A program made the position numbers and the translations under genes. Source: Eledone cirrhosa (taxonomy: Eukaryota). Taken from it: a stretch of 64,000 nt of DNA. Location of the stretch: assembly GCA_964016885.1 (NCBI GenBank), contig OZ024742.1, forward strand, positions 137,144,001 to 137,208,000, in the 5' to 3' direction. This document shows positions 53,645 to 64,000 of the stretch, in pieces (position 1 is the first letter of the stretch; every line of letters begins with the position of its first letter). The notes under the pieces were generated by a model, which searched no databases, was not told the DNA's origin, and saw nothing but the letters and a program-made list of their open reading frames with translations.

Positions 53645-53732
53645 AAGAATACTGCGTGGTTGCACATGGGTTACATATGATAAAATTAGTCCTTCGTCAG
53701 TGATTTGCCAACCATCATTGATATTTCGTCGC

Positions 53733-53733
<1 letters not shown>
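53645..53733. mobile_element. Family D fragment spanning the unit junction
   Basis: ctgcgtggttgca.atgggttacatatga...ttagtccttc.tcagtgat matches 22965-23047. Confidence 0.7.
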
Positions 53734-53775
<42 letters not shown>

Positions 53776-53781
53776 AAATAT

Positions 53782-54017
53782 ATATTTATTAAAATAAATG
53801 ATTAAAGTGTAAGCAAAGAATCGCTGCTTTCACCCTTAACGGGATCTTCTGAAACTGATTTTCAGAAGATCCCGTTAAGGGTGAAAGCACCGATTCTTTG
53901 CTTAATCTTTAATCTGTTATTTTAATAAATATTTGCTCTACGGTTCTTATCCATTTGATTATATTTATCCTTATCTAGCCCTATTTGGATGTTAATCTTC
54001 AAATGTATTATTATTAC
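53782..54017. mobile_element. Family H1: inverted segment A plus a full monomer in order A-B; palindrome with ~73-bp arms
   Basis: Arms 53782-53854 and 53860-53932, loop CTGAT; monomer 53860-54017. Confidence 0.8.
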
Positions 54018-54044
54018 TATATAAATATATATATATATATACAT

Positions 54045-54078
<34 letters not shown>

Positions 54079-54104
54079 CATTATATATATATATATTATA
54101 TATA

Positions 54105-54288
54105 TAGGAAAATGTTCAAGACCCCGTTTCGATGGCTATTTCTGGACTCAGAAATAGCCGTCGAAACGGCTCGAGCTCTGCCTTCGGGGTCTTGAACATT
54201 TTCCTATTAGCCACTCTACTACCCTAAGTATTGAGTACTCTGGTGCGTTATGGTCCACCTAGTTCCTTACCACACTTCCTACGTTATA
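54105..54288 (+). mobile_element. Family H2 copy starting with a palindrome
   Basis: Palindrome 54105-54206; homologous to 6940-7078. Confidence 0.75.
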
Positions 54289-54295
54289 TTATATA

Positions 54296-54348
<53 letters not shown>

Positions 54349-54592
54349 TCACGGACGGACATCCACATATAGATATATACGTGTGGCTAAAAGCGAGTAT
54401 ATATTCTCCATTGTAGGTGATGAAACACATGAAATGGAGTCTTAATATTTGTTTTAAAATTTTAACTCTGAAATGCATTACTGATCTTTTCAGAAGCATA
54501 AAGTACATCTCACAAACTGGACGGTTAACGCTGAATATTTACCGCCCCTGGAACATAAAGTAAAGCAAATAGGTGTCCTAATGTTAATAATA

Positions 54593-54661
<69 letters not shown>

Positions 54662-55397
54662 TGTGTGTGTATGTATATATGTGTGTGTCTCGTATATTAT
54701 AAATACAAATGGAAGTACAGCATAATCGAAGCTCTAGCTGCAGCTAAGCTAACGAATGCAATCGGGATGTTCAGCTAAGCACTCAATAAGGTATTTTACC
54801 TTAGAGTAATAACATTACGTTTAGACAGCTTTGCAAATTGAAGACATTATATATATATATGTATATATGTATGTATGTAGTCAATATTTCCCATCTTAGA
54901 AATATATTAAGGCCGTTGATGTCTGTCTATATCCCTGAGAAAATGAAATGTCTTGCGCCTATTTTTAGTATCTTTGTTTTCGGTTAATGTTCGGATATTA
55001 TTTACATATAGTGTATATTTCAATAAAACATCATTAGATATGAATCTGCTGGACATACGATCACCTTTAACATCCTGAAAATTGTCTCATGTCATGCTGG
55101 AAGCAATATACACGAAGGCTGAAGTCGACGCCTTTCCTTCATAATAAAAACACGAGACCGCAAAGAAACCGAGCCAACTCCTACCAGACCAATATCTCAG
55201 CTGACAATTTCAATCTCAAACTGCGCAATCTTTGAACTATTTACAATATCCGTTATAATTTTTGACATCTGTCAAATATCCGCTAAAACGTACCACTAAT
55301 TTCTTCCTTGACCTCTGCTGGTCGACACAAAACAATCAGAATATACACCCACTCACACACACACATACAAAGACAAATACACACAAAACTCACTCAC

Positions 55398-55463
<66 letters not shown>

Positions 55464-55860
55464 TTATATATATATATATATATAAAAATACATACATGCA
55501 GGCATACACAAATATAAACACACATATATATGTATGCTGTAAAGTCCGAGTGATTGTGCTTTGGGCTGACACATAGCTTTACAGAATTTTAAGTGACGAC
55601 CAGACAGGGGTGATAAAAGTTTAGTATTATGGAAGCGAGCAACAGAAGAGATATTTGAAACTGTCATGATGGTGAAGAATGAAAGATGTAGAATTGGCGC
55701 ACAGAGATGTTATATAGAATTAATATCGAATTGTTTGAATGATGGATGAAATGCTTTCCCACACATTCTGTTTAGTTTATCTAAATCATGTAAGGATGTA
55801 TCAATCCTTCTCTCTCTCTATCTTCCATCGTTCTATTTCTATTCATCTCCCTACCTCTCT

Positions 55861-55922
<62 letters not shown>

Positions 55923-55953
55923 AGAGGTATGTATTTAGATATGTATATATATT

Positions 55954-55994
<41 letters not shown>

Positions 55995-55998
55995 TTAG

Positions 55999-56036
<38 letters not shown>

Positions 56037-56564
56037 GGAATGTGAGGATGTAACATATCTGTATATGTTTCTATGATGGATGGGAATTCGTCTCTGTGTA
56101 TTTCTATATTTTTTATTTGTGTTTGCATTTGTGCGTGTTTATATATGGATATATATACCTTCATCAATAGTATTTCATTTAAAGCTGACATTTTGTTATG
56201 GTAAATATGTCTGCAAACTTTTACTAGCTTCTTTTAAATGTTCCTACAAACAAGAAGCAACTGAAGACAGTGAGTAGTCATAACAACTTATATATAATTG
56301 ATGTAATTCTATTGCCGAAAAAAATCTTTAAATAACATTTTTTTTATTAAATGTAAGGAAATATGACAAGTATGACAAGAACTTTGATTGACGATGTGAC
56401 GAATCGGATAATCCAAATTATTGTTGAATGATTTCTAAATGCTTTTGTATTTTGGATGTGTCAAACATTCTGTAAATATATGTGTAGTACTTGTTAATGC
56501 TTTTGAGTGTCATGTGTACCTATGTATGTATGAAAACACACACAAGACACACTCATATATATGC

Positions 56565-56756
56565 ATTTGTCCAGCGGTATTCGCGAGGCTTACGTTCCTA
56601 GTGCACCGACGCAGAGTGAAAAACCGCGGTCCATAAAAATGCCTATAAACGTCAAAATATAACGTAAAATATAATTAAAAATAGAGGGAACATCTTATGC
56701 GAAGGGGCGTCCAATAGGACGACAAATAGAGTATATTGTTATTAATAATTTAGCTT

Positions 56757-56801
<45 letters not shown>

Positions 56802-56904
56802 CCACGAAAAAAGCCATAAAAATATCGCGGGAGATATTAACGATTCCAAGAATATGCCGTGTTTTCCACGAACAATTCAATTATTAGTTGTCAGGGGTAC
56901 ACTG

Positions 56905-56905
<1 letters not shown>
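56565..56905. mobile_element. Possible pogo/Tigger-like MITE remnant
   Basis: Ends ggggtacactg|ta; left end has gcggtattcgcgagg...aaaaccgcgg, Tigger-like but weak. Confidence 0.3.
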
Positions 56906-56954
<49 letters not shown>

Positions 56955-57374
56955 GAGAGTGGGAGAGAGGGGAGAGAGAAGGGAAGGTATAAACGTCGTT
57001 GTTCCATGCTTGCCGAATGCAATCCGAAACCACTTGGAATCGCGGTTGGGTTTTCACCTGTCTCTCTACGCACTCTGTTTTCCTTTCTCCCATCCATAGA
57101 GTATTCCCCTGATTTGTGGTCTTCCTGGTCTCAAATGAAACTTCAAAGCGATAGTCCGGAACGTTTGATCTGAGAGTTCCCGATACTCTAAGGAAGGAAT
57201 TCTAAGTCCCGAAATATTAGGACAAAACAAATGATAATACTAATAAATACTATGTAAGACAAACTTCGTGGTTGCCTTCATTTTACCGTCCATTTTGCAT
57301 TGACTTAGCCTTCTTACTATACACAATGCTTCAAGCAAACTACAACATGCTATTATCTGAAAGAAGGTCTCCTC

Positions 57375-57512
57375 ATTTACAGCGACTGTGATTGTTCTGG
57401 GTATCATTTACAATGAAGATGTCATGCCTCCTCATGTTTTTTCTCAGGGCATAAAATTCAATGTTGCTGCCTACGAAGAGGTGTTGGAGACAGTTATGAA
57501 ACCCTGGATAGA
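57375..57512 (+). mobile_element. Tc1/mariner-superfamily transposase fragment (DD37D/maT-like)
   Basis: VLGII...VMPPHVFSQGIKFNVAAYEEVLETVMKPWID. Confidence 0.7.
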
Positions 57513-58404
57513 CAGGTATCAAAAGGTTCCCGGATTAGTTATGTTTATAAAAAAAATAATATATTTAACTAAGTTTTAACAGTTTCTCCTTCTGAATAGT
57601 CACCTTGCGCTGCAATACACCGGTCCCAGTGTTCCTATCACTTTTGGAAACAGGCCTGGGAATCATTTCCGAAAATGAGTCGAGGACCTTCTGCGATTCG
57701 CTCTGGAACTCGGCAGAAGTGTTAAAGTAGTGACCTTTGAGCCGCATTTTCAACTTGGAGAAGAGATGGAAATCTGCAGGTGCTAAATCTGGCAAATAGC
57801 GTGGAGGCGGAAGCGATACAATATTGGTTTCGTGAGAAACTCACGAGTGAGGAGAGCTCAGTTACAAGATGCACTGTCGTGCTGAAGAATCCAATTATTT
57901 GTGTTCCACAGATCCGGTCGTTTTCACCGAACCCTTTCCTTCAAATACATCAAAACTTTGCAGTAGATCTCTCGATTGAAGATCTGGCCCTAGCGGTCGA
58001 ATTCTCGATGCACAATACTGCGGACGGCGAAAAAAGGATGACCATGTTCTTGATTGAGCTACGGCTCTGTCTTGCCTTCATCGGTCGTGGAGATGAAGGG
58101 CATTTCAACCATATCGACTACTGCTTCATCGCCGTAAGTTTGCCGAAGCAGACTTTCTAAGTTAAACGCAAAATTTCACGTTAGCTCTTTGTTCCAACTT
58201 TCTGTTATATAACAATATTGCTGGCTACAGCATAAATGTGAACATAAACAGACAATTCTCACAACTTGCGAAGTGAACACAGCGATGTCACTGGGCACAC
58301 AGGCGCATGTAGGTCATTGCTAGCTCTCACTACTCACACAACCCTGTGCTGCAATCATTTGGCGCGCTACAAAATTTGTTCTGAAACCTTTTGACACCAC
58401 CTCG
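57513..58404 (-). mobile_element. Internally deleted mariner transposon
   Basis: LEQRANVKFCV and YLPDLAPADFHLFSKLKMRLKG. Degraded TIRs ggtatcaaaaggttcc and aaccttttgacaccacctcg|ta. Confidence 0.85.
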
Positions 58405-58491
58405 TATATATATGTGATTGGTGGCTGAGAGAGGAGTACTCAACAGCGAACTAGAGTTTTATTATTAATTTTATTAAGGTTAACTTGTGAG

Positions 58492-58541
58492 TCTTGTTAC
58501 TCTGGAATTTCGCCTGTTTATCACAGGGTATTCAGACAAGA
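58492..58541 (-). ncRNA. Hammerhead ribozyme-like motif (type I) in a short pLTR-like element (about 58415-58561)
   Basis: Minus strand reads tcttgt-CTGAATA-ccctgtgataaacaggc-GAAA-ttccaga-GTA-acaaga. The adjacent inverted partial copy reads CTGATGA-ccctgtga. Confidence 0.65.
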
Positions 58542-58968
58542 ACTTTCTGATGACCCTGTGAGAGAGAGGGAGAGGGAGAGAGGGGGAGAGAGAGAGAGAG
58601 AAAAACACAGAGAGAGAGAGATGGGTAGATTGTTGCTACTATAAATAAATGGTGGGGAAATCAATCATAATACGTCTAGAGACAAAAGGAAATGGGCAGA
58701 GGTACTTGTGAATAATTGGGCGAGTGTATTAAACAATAGGATAAAGAGACACCCGTCGCCAATTTCTGTCTTTTGAAAACACTTTAAGCTTCTAACTTAA
58801 ATTTGTCCAAACGCTTCAACTGAGACTTATAGTATTCGCCTCTTGTTATAATCATCAGCGCTGTGACGACTACATTTCAAATTACAAATATTCCAAATAT
58901 CTTGTAAGTCAACAAACTTGATGCATATATATTTCTATATCTATTTATGTTGTTCTTTTTCAAGTAGC

Positions 58969-59077
<109 letters not shown>

Positions 59078-59387
59078 ATATGTGTATCAATTCTTCTGCT
59101 TGTCATTTTATATATGTTTGTACGTATGCGTGCATGCACAAATGTATATAAGTTCGATGTAGATTTAAGTATATAAAACCACGCATGTGGGTACGTGGTT
59201 ATGCGCATGTTTGCCTGACTAAATCCACAGAGGCAACACTAGAGATAAGTAAGAATATATAGGAAGTAATCGAAAACATAGAAGGAAGTAGAAGTGTCAA
59301 CACAATTATACACGCGAATGTGTTCGTTTTGTTATTTTATAATTATATTTATATATATTTGCGTGTAAAATTATGATTTCACTTCTT

Positions 59388-59424
<37 letters not shown>

Positions 59425-60594
59425 ATTTATATATATATATGTGTGTATATGTAAATATACATATATATATATATGGGGGGGGGGGGATATGTGGTGTGTG
59501 TGTGTATGAATGTATGTATGTATATATTTTGTGAGTGTGAGGGTAAAGAAAGTGTTAGATATCGAAACAAAATGCTTTTTCCCCCACCTCAACCTCTAAA
59601 ATGTAATAATGTAATATAAAGAACAATAAAAATAATAAAAAAATAAAAAATTATATAAAATAACAAGAAGACAAAAAATGAGACGAAACTAAAGTAAGCA
59701 AAGTAGCAAATAAACGAATGATTGTACCAATAGAGGATACTTCTGTATTGATTTCTCAATAGTTCGTTACTGATACGAGTATTTGCTGATCTTCGCTTAT
59801 TCTGTTGTATTTTGTCTCTTATATTTGTTGGGGAATATTCAGCAAGACAATCAATCGTTAATAAACTGGCCTTGAACAAACATTGATATATTATACGCAT
59901 ACACTTCATTCACACTGCAAGCTGACCTCGTCTTTGCTAAGACGTGATCTTGCACAAATAGTTAGAAGATTTTTAATCCAAGATGGCAAGCAGCAGCAAA
60001 TTTGGTTGGTTTGTTGGATGGTTGGCTGCTTGACTGGTCGTATTTGAATCAATCTACTGACACCCGTTGTTGCAAATATTAATATACCAGCAGCAGCAAC
60101 CATAGCAGCAACAACTACTACAACATCATCAACAGGAGCGTTACCACGTCTATATAATCATCACGAACGGAACCACTACCAGCAAAACCAACAAAACGAA
60201 CGCCACCACCACCTACATTATTAACATCACTAGCATCATTATCACATATCATGACTAATATGATCACTATCATCACTATTACCACTGCCCTTACTATCAA
60301 TATAGCCATCCAACCGTCCATTACCAATGCGACCCTGTATATCAACCCCACTAATCTTCAAAGGTTATAGCCACCCATCATAGCAAAATAAGTTTCTCTA
60401 TTACAACCACCACTACCAAAACCATCACTAACAAGAGACGTGGTTTGTGTTGTCTAAATAATAGTAGTGTTGGTGGTTTCTGTGTTTTGAATACAATTGT
60501 TTGATGCGAGTAGATATTATCTTACGTTGATGGTGACCATCAACAGTAAAACCAATACCGACGAGCGAGTATTTATGTAGTCGTTCGACTTCCT

Positions 60595-60783
60595 AATAAT
60601 TGTTTCTACTTTTGGCACAAGGCCAGCGATTATCCCAGTGTATTACTGGTACTTTATTTTATCAACCCCGTCAGGTTCAAGGGCAAAACTAACCTCGACG
60701 GGATTTGAACTCTGATCTTAAAGGGCCGTAACTCCATGCTGCAAAGCATGGTGTCTGACGCACTTTCGATACTGCCAATCCAC
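60595..60783 (-). mobile_element. SINE S1
   Basis: Reverse complement of S1 with B box gggatttgaactc. Confidence 0.88.
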
Positions 60784-60789
60784 AATAAT

Positions 60790-60982
60790 GTTGCCCGATT
60801 TGGGCACAAGACCAACGATTTTGAGGTAGAGGAATGTCGATTAAATCAACCCCAGTGCGTTATTGGTACTTTATTTTATCGACACCGGAAGAATAAAAGG
60901 AAACGCTAAGCTGTTTTGAACCCTGAATAAATGGGCCATAACTATATGCCATGAAGCTCTACTGATACTGCCAATCTACCGC
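60790..60982 (-). mobile_element. SINE S1, diverged, tandem with the previous copy
   Basis: ggtactttattttatcgac and head gatactgccaatctacc. Confidence 0.75.
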
Positions 60983-61316
60983 TTTACTCAACCTCCTAAT
61001 AATAACAATTAATTCTCCCACAAATCACACAATCTATTTTTAAAATGTAAGCCTAGATACCTCACACCTGGAAACATAGCCGGATAGGATCATAAGGGTG
61101 ACTCCTCTGGTCATGTTTACTCAATCAATGATGAATTGAAGCTAAACTACAACAACACTTATATAAACACCACTAATACTTCGAAAGAAAACTCAACAAA
61201 AAGGTTTCTAAACTGCCGCAGAACACGCTAGAAATAGCTGCTAGCTCATCTTTCAATCATAATCTACACAAAAAAAAAAACATATCGGATAATTTAATCA
61301 ATTAAGATTCACTTCT

Positions 61317-61548
61317 GCATCTTCTTTAGCCCACATATTTCTGGGACGGTCGTGGTGGCAAAGTCATAAAACACTCCTTTCAACGACCCTGTCAGCATCA
61401 ATCATCTCCAATTCATCCGGCTGGATTCCCAAGCAAAACTAGCCGAGCTAATGGATGCTATTCAGCCATGTTACTCCGGGTCTACCCTTGGGTCTGCTGC
61501 CAGTTAGTTTTGCTCGTAAAATTTGTCCAGCGGTTCTTTCCTGTGACA
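61317..61548 (-). mobile_element. 5'-truncated RTE LINE 3' end with a 14-bp TSD
   Basis: SQERTAGQILRAKLTGSRPKGRPGVTW; TSD taagattcacttct at 61303-61316 and 61549-61562. Confidence 0.85.
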
Positions 61549-61813
61549 TAAGATTCACTTCTTTTTTAAAATATGAGATAATCGTTGCTGGATAACTTTT
61601 CGTCATTGGTTTGTCCAACCAACGTTGGTTTGCTGTTGTTTAACTCAAAGTCAATCGAATTTCAGAAGCTAGTCATTAGAAAGTCTACATTATCTATAGT
61701 GAATCTATGATACTTGCCTGCAATTTTCAGAAAGCCGAGCGATCACTTTATGACTGACATTTTGTTGCTGTTCTTTTGACGTTGGTAATCGAGCTGCTTT
61801 GGTTTTCCTTGGT

Positions 61814-61929
61814 CGTTGTTGTGTTTGTTGTTGTTGTTGTTGTTGTTGTTCTTCTTCTTCTTCTTCTTCTTCTTCTTCTTCTTCTTCTTCTTCTTCTTCT
61901 TCTTCTTCTTCTTCTTCTTCTTCTTCTTC
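61814..61929. repeat. (GTT)n-(CTT)n compound microsatellite
   Basis: Direct reading. Confidence 0.97.
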
Positions 61930-63084
61930 CCTCCCTACCCTTTCTTCTTTTTCTTCTTCTAGAACAAAATAAAATAAAAACAATATAACCTGAGCATTCA
62001 ATAATAGGAGCACTCAGAATAATAACCACAATAAACCAGTGAGGGAGCCTCTATGCTCTTGTTGCCAAATAATTTGCTCCCGTCTAAAAACAAAATCAAT
62101 GTAAGATATATAATGTCTGAAAAACGGTGCCATCGATATGGAACACCTATAATCATAGTGTTGCTCGACCAAATTAAATAACGTAGTCTTAGATATATCG
62201 AAAAAGTGCCATAGACACCGTTGCCCTACCTATGATCATAGGTCTGCTTGATCAAATCTAATTTGGGTCTAAACAACAACTCACAACTTACTAATTTGAT
62301 CACCAATAAGTATGTCAATAACATTCCTTTCTTCACACGCTATTTTCCTTGTTGATTCTATCAGTACATTGCTTCATCATTTCGACTGTCAGGCGTACCA
62401 TAGTGTTTCACACATGATTTCTTTAAATTAACAGCAAAATCCTTCTTAAATAAAGCTCTATTGATTTCACACATTGCTAAAATTAGCAGCAAAGGCTTTC
62501 TTAAATAAAGCTCTATTGATTTCAAACAGGAAGGATATGCTGGATAATGTAGTGCTAGATGCATTATACCTTGCAAAAGGTTAGGGAAGTAACGTCCTTG
62601 ATTATTTATCTGCTCAATTTGTACTGAATTTGAAGTAAACAATACACATTTCAAAACTTTTTTTTTTTGCTGGTTAGTTTGATCAGATTTGATGTGAACT
62701 TCTCAGAACATTGATATTTGAAATTATATCTACACGCTAAAGTATATAGTACATTTCGTTACGCTAGCGGATATTCAACTGATGGATCGATTGCTTGCAT
62801 CCTGTCAGCGGTAATGTGGTTATGTCTGTCACTGCGTGAAGGATTTCTCAAATGTACCATTAGAACTAGTTGAAAATAGTTAATACTGATGAGGCATGTG
62901 TATGTCTGTTATATCTCCGTCGATTCTGAGGACGCATGCTCCAGTTGTGTGTGTGTGTGTGTGTGTGTGTAGTGTGTGTGTGTGTCTAGTGTGTGGGTGC
63001 GTGCGTTTAAGAATGTGTATGTATACGTGCCTGTGTGTGTTTTAGGCCGCCGTCTATTCTAACAACGGGTGTTCTAGTGCTTCA

Positions 63085-63347
63085 AACAGGGGAGACAACT
63101 GCAAATGAAATTAACGTGCAAGTGACCGAGCATTCTTGATAAATGGCATCTACAGCATAGTTCTCGGGAATATTTAGGGTGATATAGAGAGTAACAAGGC
63201 TTGCATTTGGACCTGTAAGTATAACTTAGTTTCAGTAACTCAGTGAACTGGAGCAACGGGAAGGAATACGATGGACCACAAGGAGTGAAACTTGAAATCT
63301 TACGATTGTTAGTTGAACACCCTAACCACTAAGCCACATGTCATCAC
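63085..63347 (-). mobile_element. Degraded tRNA-derived SINE
   Basis: cagtgaactggagcaac...aacaccctaaccactaagccacatg (reverse tRNA-like head). Confidence 0.5.
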
Positions 63348-64000
63348 TTGATTATGAACAACTCATGACTATAATCAATATCCAGGAAGTGGTTTTTTAC
63401 TTGTCTGTACGGAGTTCAGTTATTCTTGTGGATATAGCCCGTCGAATAATGATACTTTACACTGGTTAATTAATGAAGATGGAGAATACATGAGGAAGGA
63501 ATCAAAGCGAAACACTGTACAATATCTTTTTGAAATCAACATCTTCCTTGGTGCCGGAAGGAAAAGCCACAGTCTGCAAATTCTCTAGATAACTCCTTTC
63601 GTCTATTTGAAGGTCTGCTTCTGTTTTCGGTATAGAAATCATAGGGAAAAGTCTTAAACCTTATAGAATCACAAGGATCGATAAGACAAAGAGAACCACT
63701 TCGGTTTAATTGCCTTATGTTGATTATAGCTAAAATCCAATGTTCTTTATACAGTCCAGAAAAAATTCAATTTCTGCACTGAAAAATGTTGGATAGTTGA
63801 AATTATATTATTCATTAAACAACATGGGATGAAAATGCAGACCAATCGTATTCACAGGGACATATAATGAGGAATGCATCACTTGTGGTGCCTGGTATGT
63901 TATTGAAGCAATCACGAAACAAAAGCGACAAAATAGAGTGAAAGGTGCTGTTATCGGAATGTTAGAAAAATGATTATATATATATACATATATATGTGCG

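Noticed and set aside
57181-57225. CTAAGGA-agga...tccc-GAAA-tatTA degenerate hammerhead
   Set aside because: Core is mutated and stem I does not pair; cannot be supported from one copy
62880-62920. CTGATGA followed by the hairpin GGCAT-gtgt-ATGTC
   Set aside because: No GAAA after the stem and no stem I partner

Overview
AT-rich, microsatellite-saturated eukaryotic DNA. The SINE families and repeat landscape suggest a coleoid cephalopod such as Octopus; that is an inference from recalled repeat sequences, not verified. I found no host protein-coding exon I can support, and most short ORFs in the track are translated microsatellites. The window is a mosaic of mobile elements: a frameshifted Tx1/L1-type LINE (1-5337, minus); a Penelope-like element (PLE) with RT and C-terminal GIY-YIG (11.7-15.9 kb, minus) plus a second PLE fragment (34.6-35.7 kb); three R4/Dong-like RLE retrotransposon copies, all in (TATG)n; RTE-like LINE fragments; two mariners; a non-autonomous Helitron; and many tRNA-derived SINEs. 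The most unusual signal is a set of short non-coding elements embedded in (TA)n tracts. Several carry hammerhead-ribozyme folds, and they occur as circular permutations, terminally redundant monomers and fold-backs. The clearest is a 161-nt unit seen in two permutations with a non-canonical hammerhead core (CAGAAGA); there are also about 671-nt and about 706-nt units. These look like retrozyme-like (circular-RNA) or pLTR-derived parasites of PLEs. All alignments and folds were done by eye.
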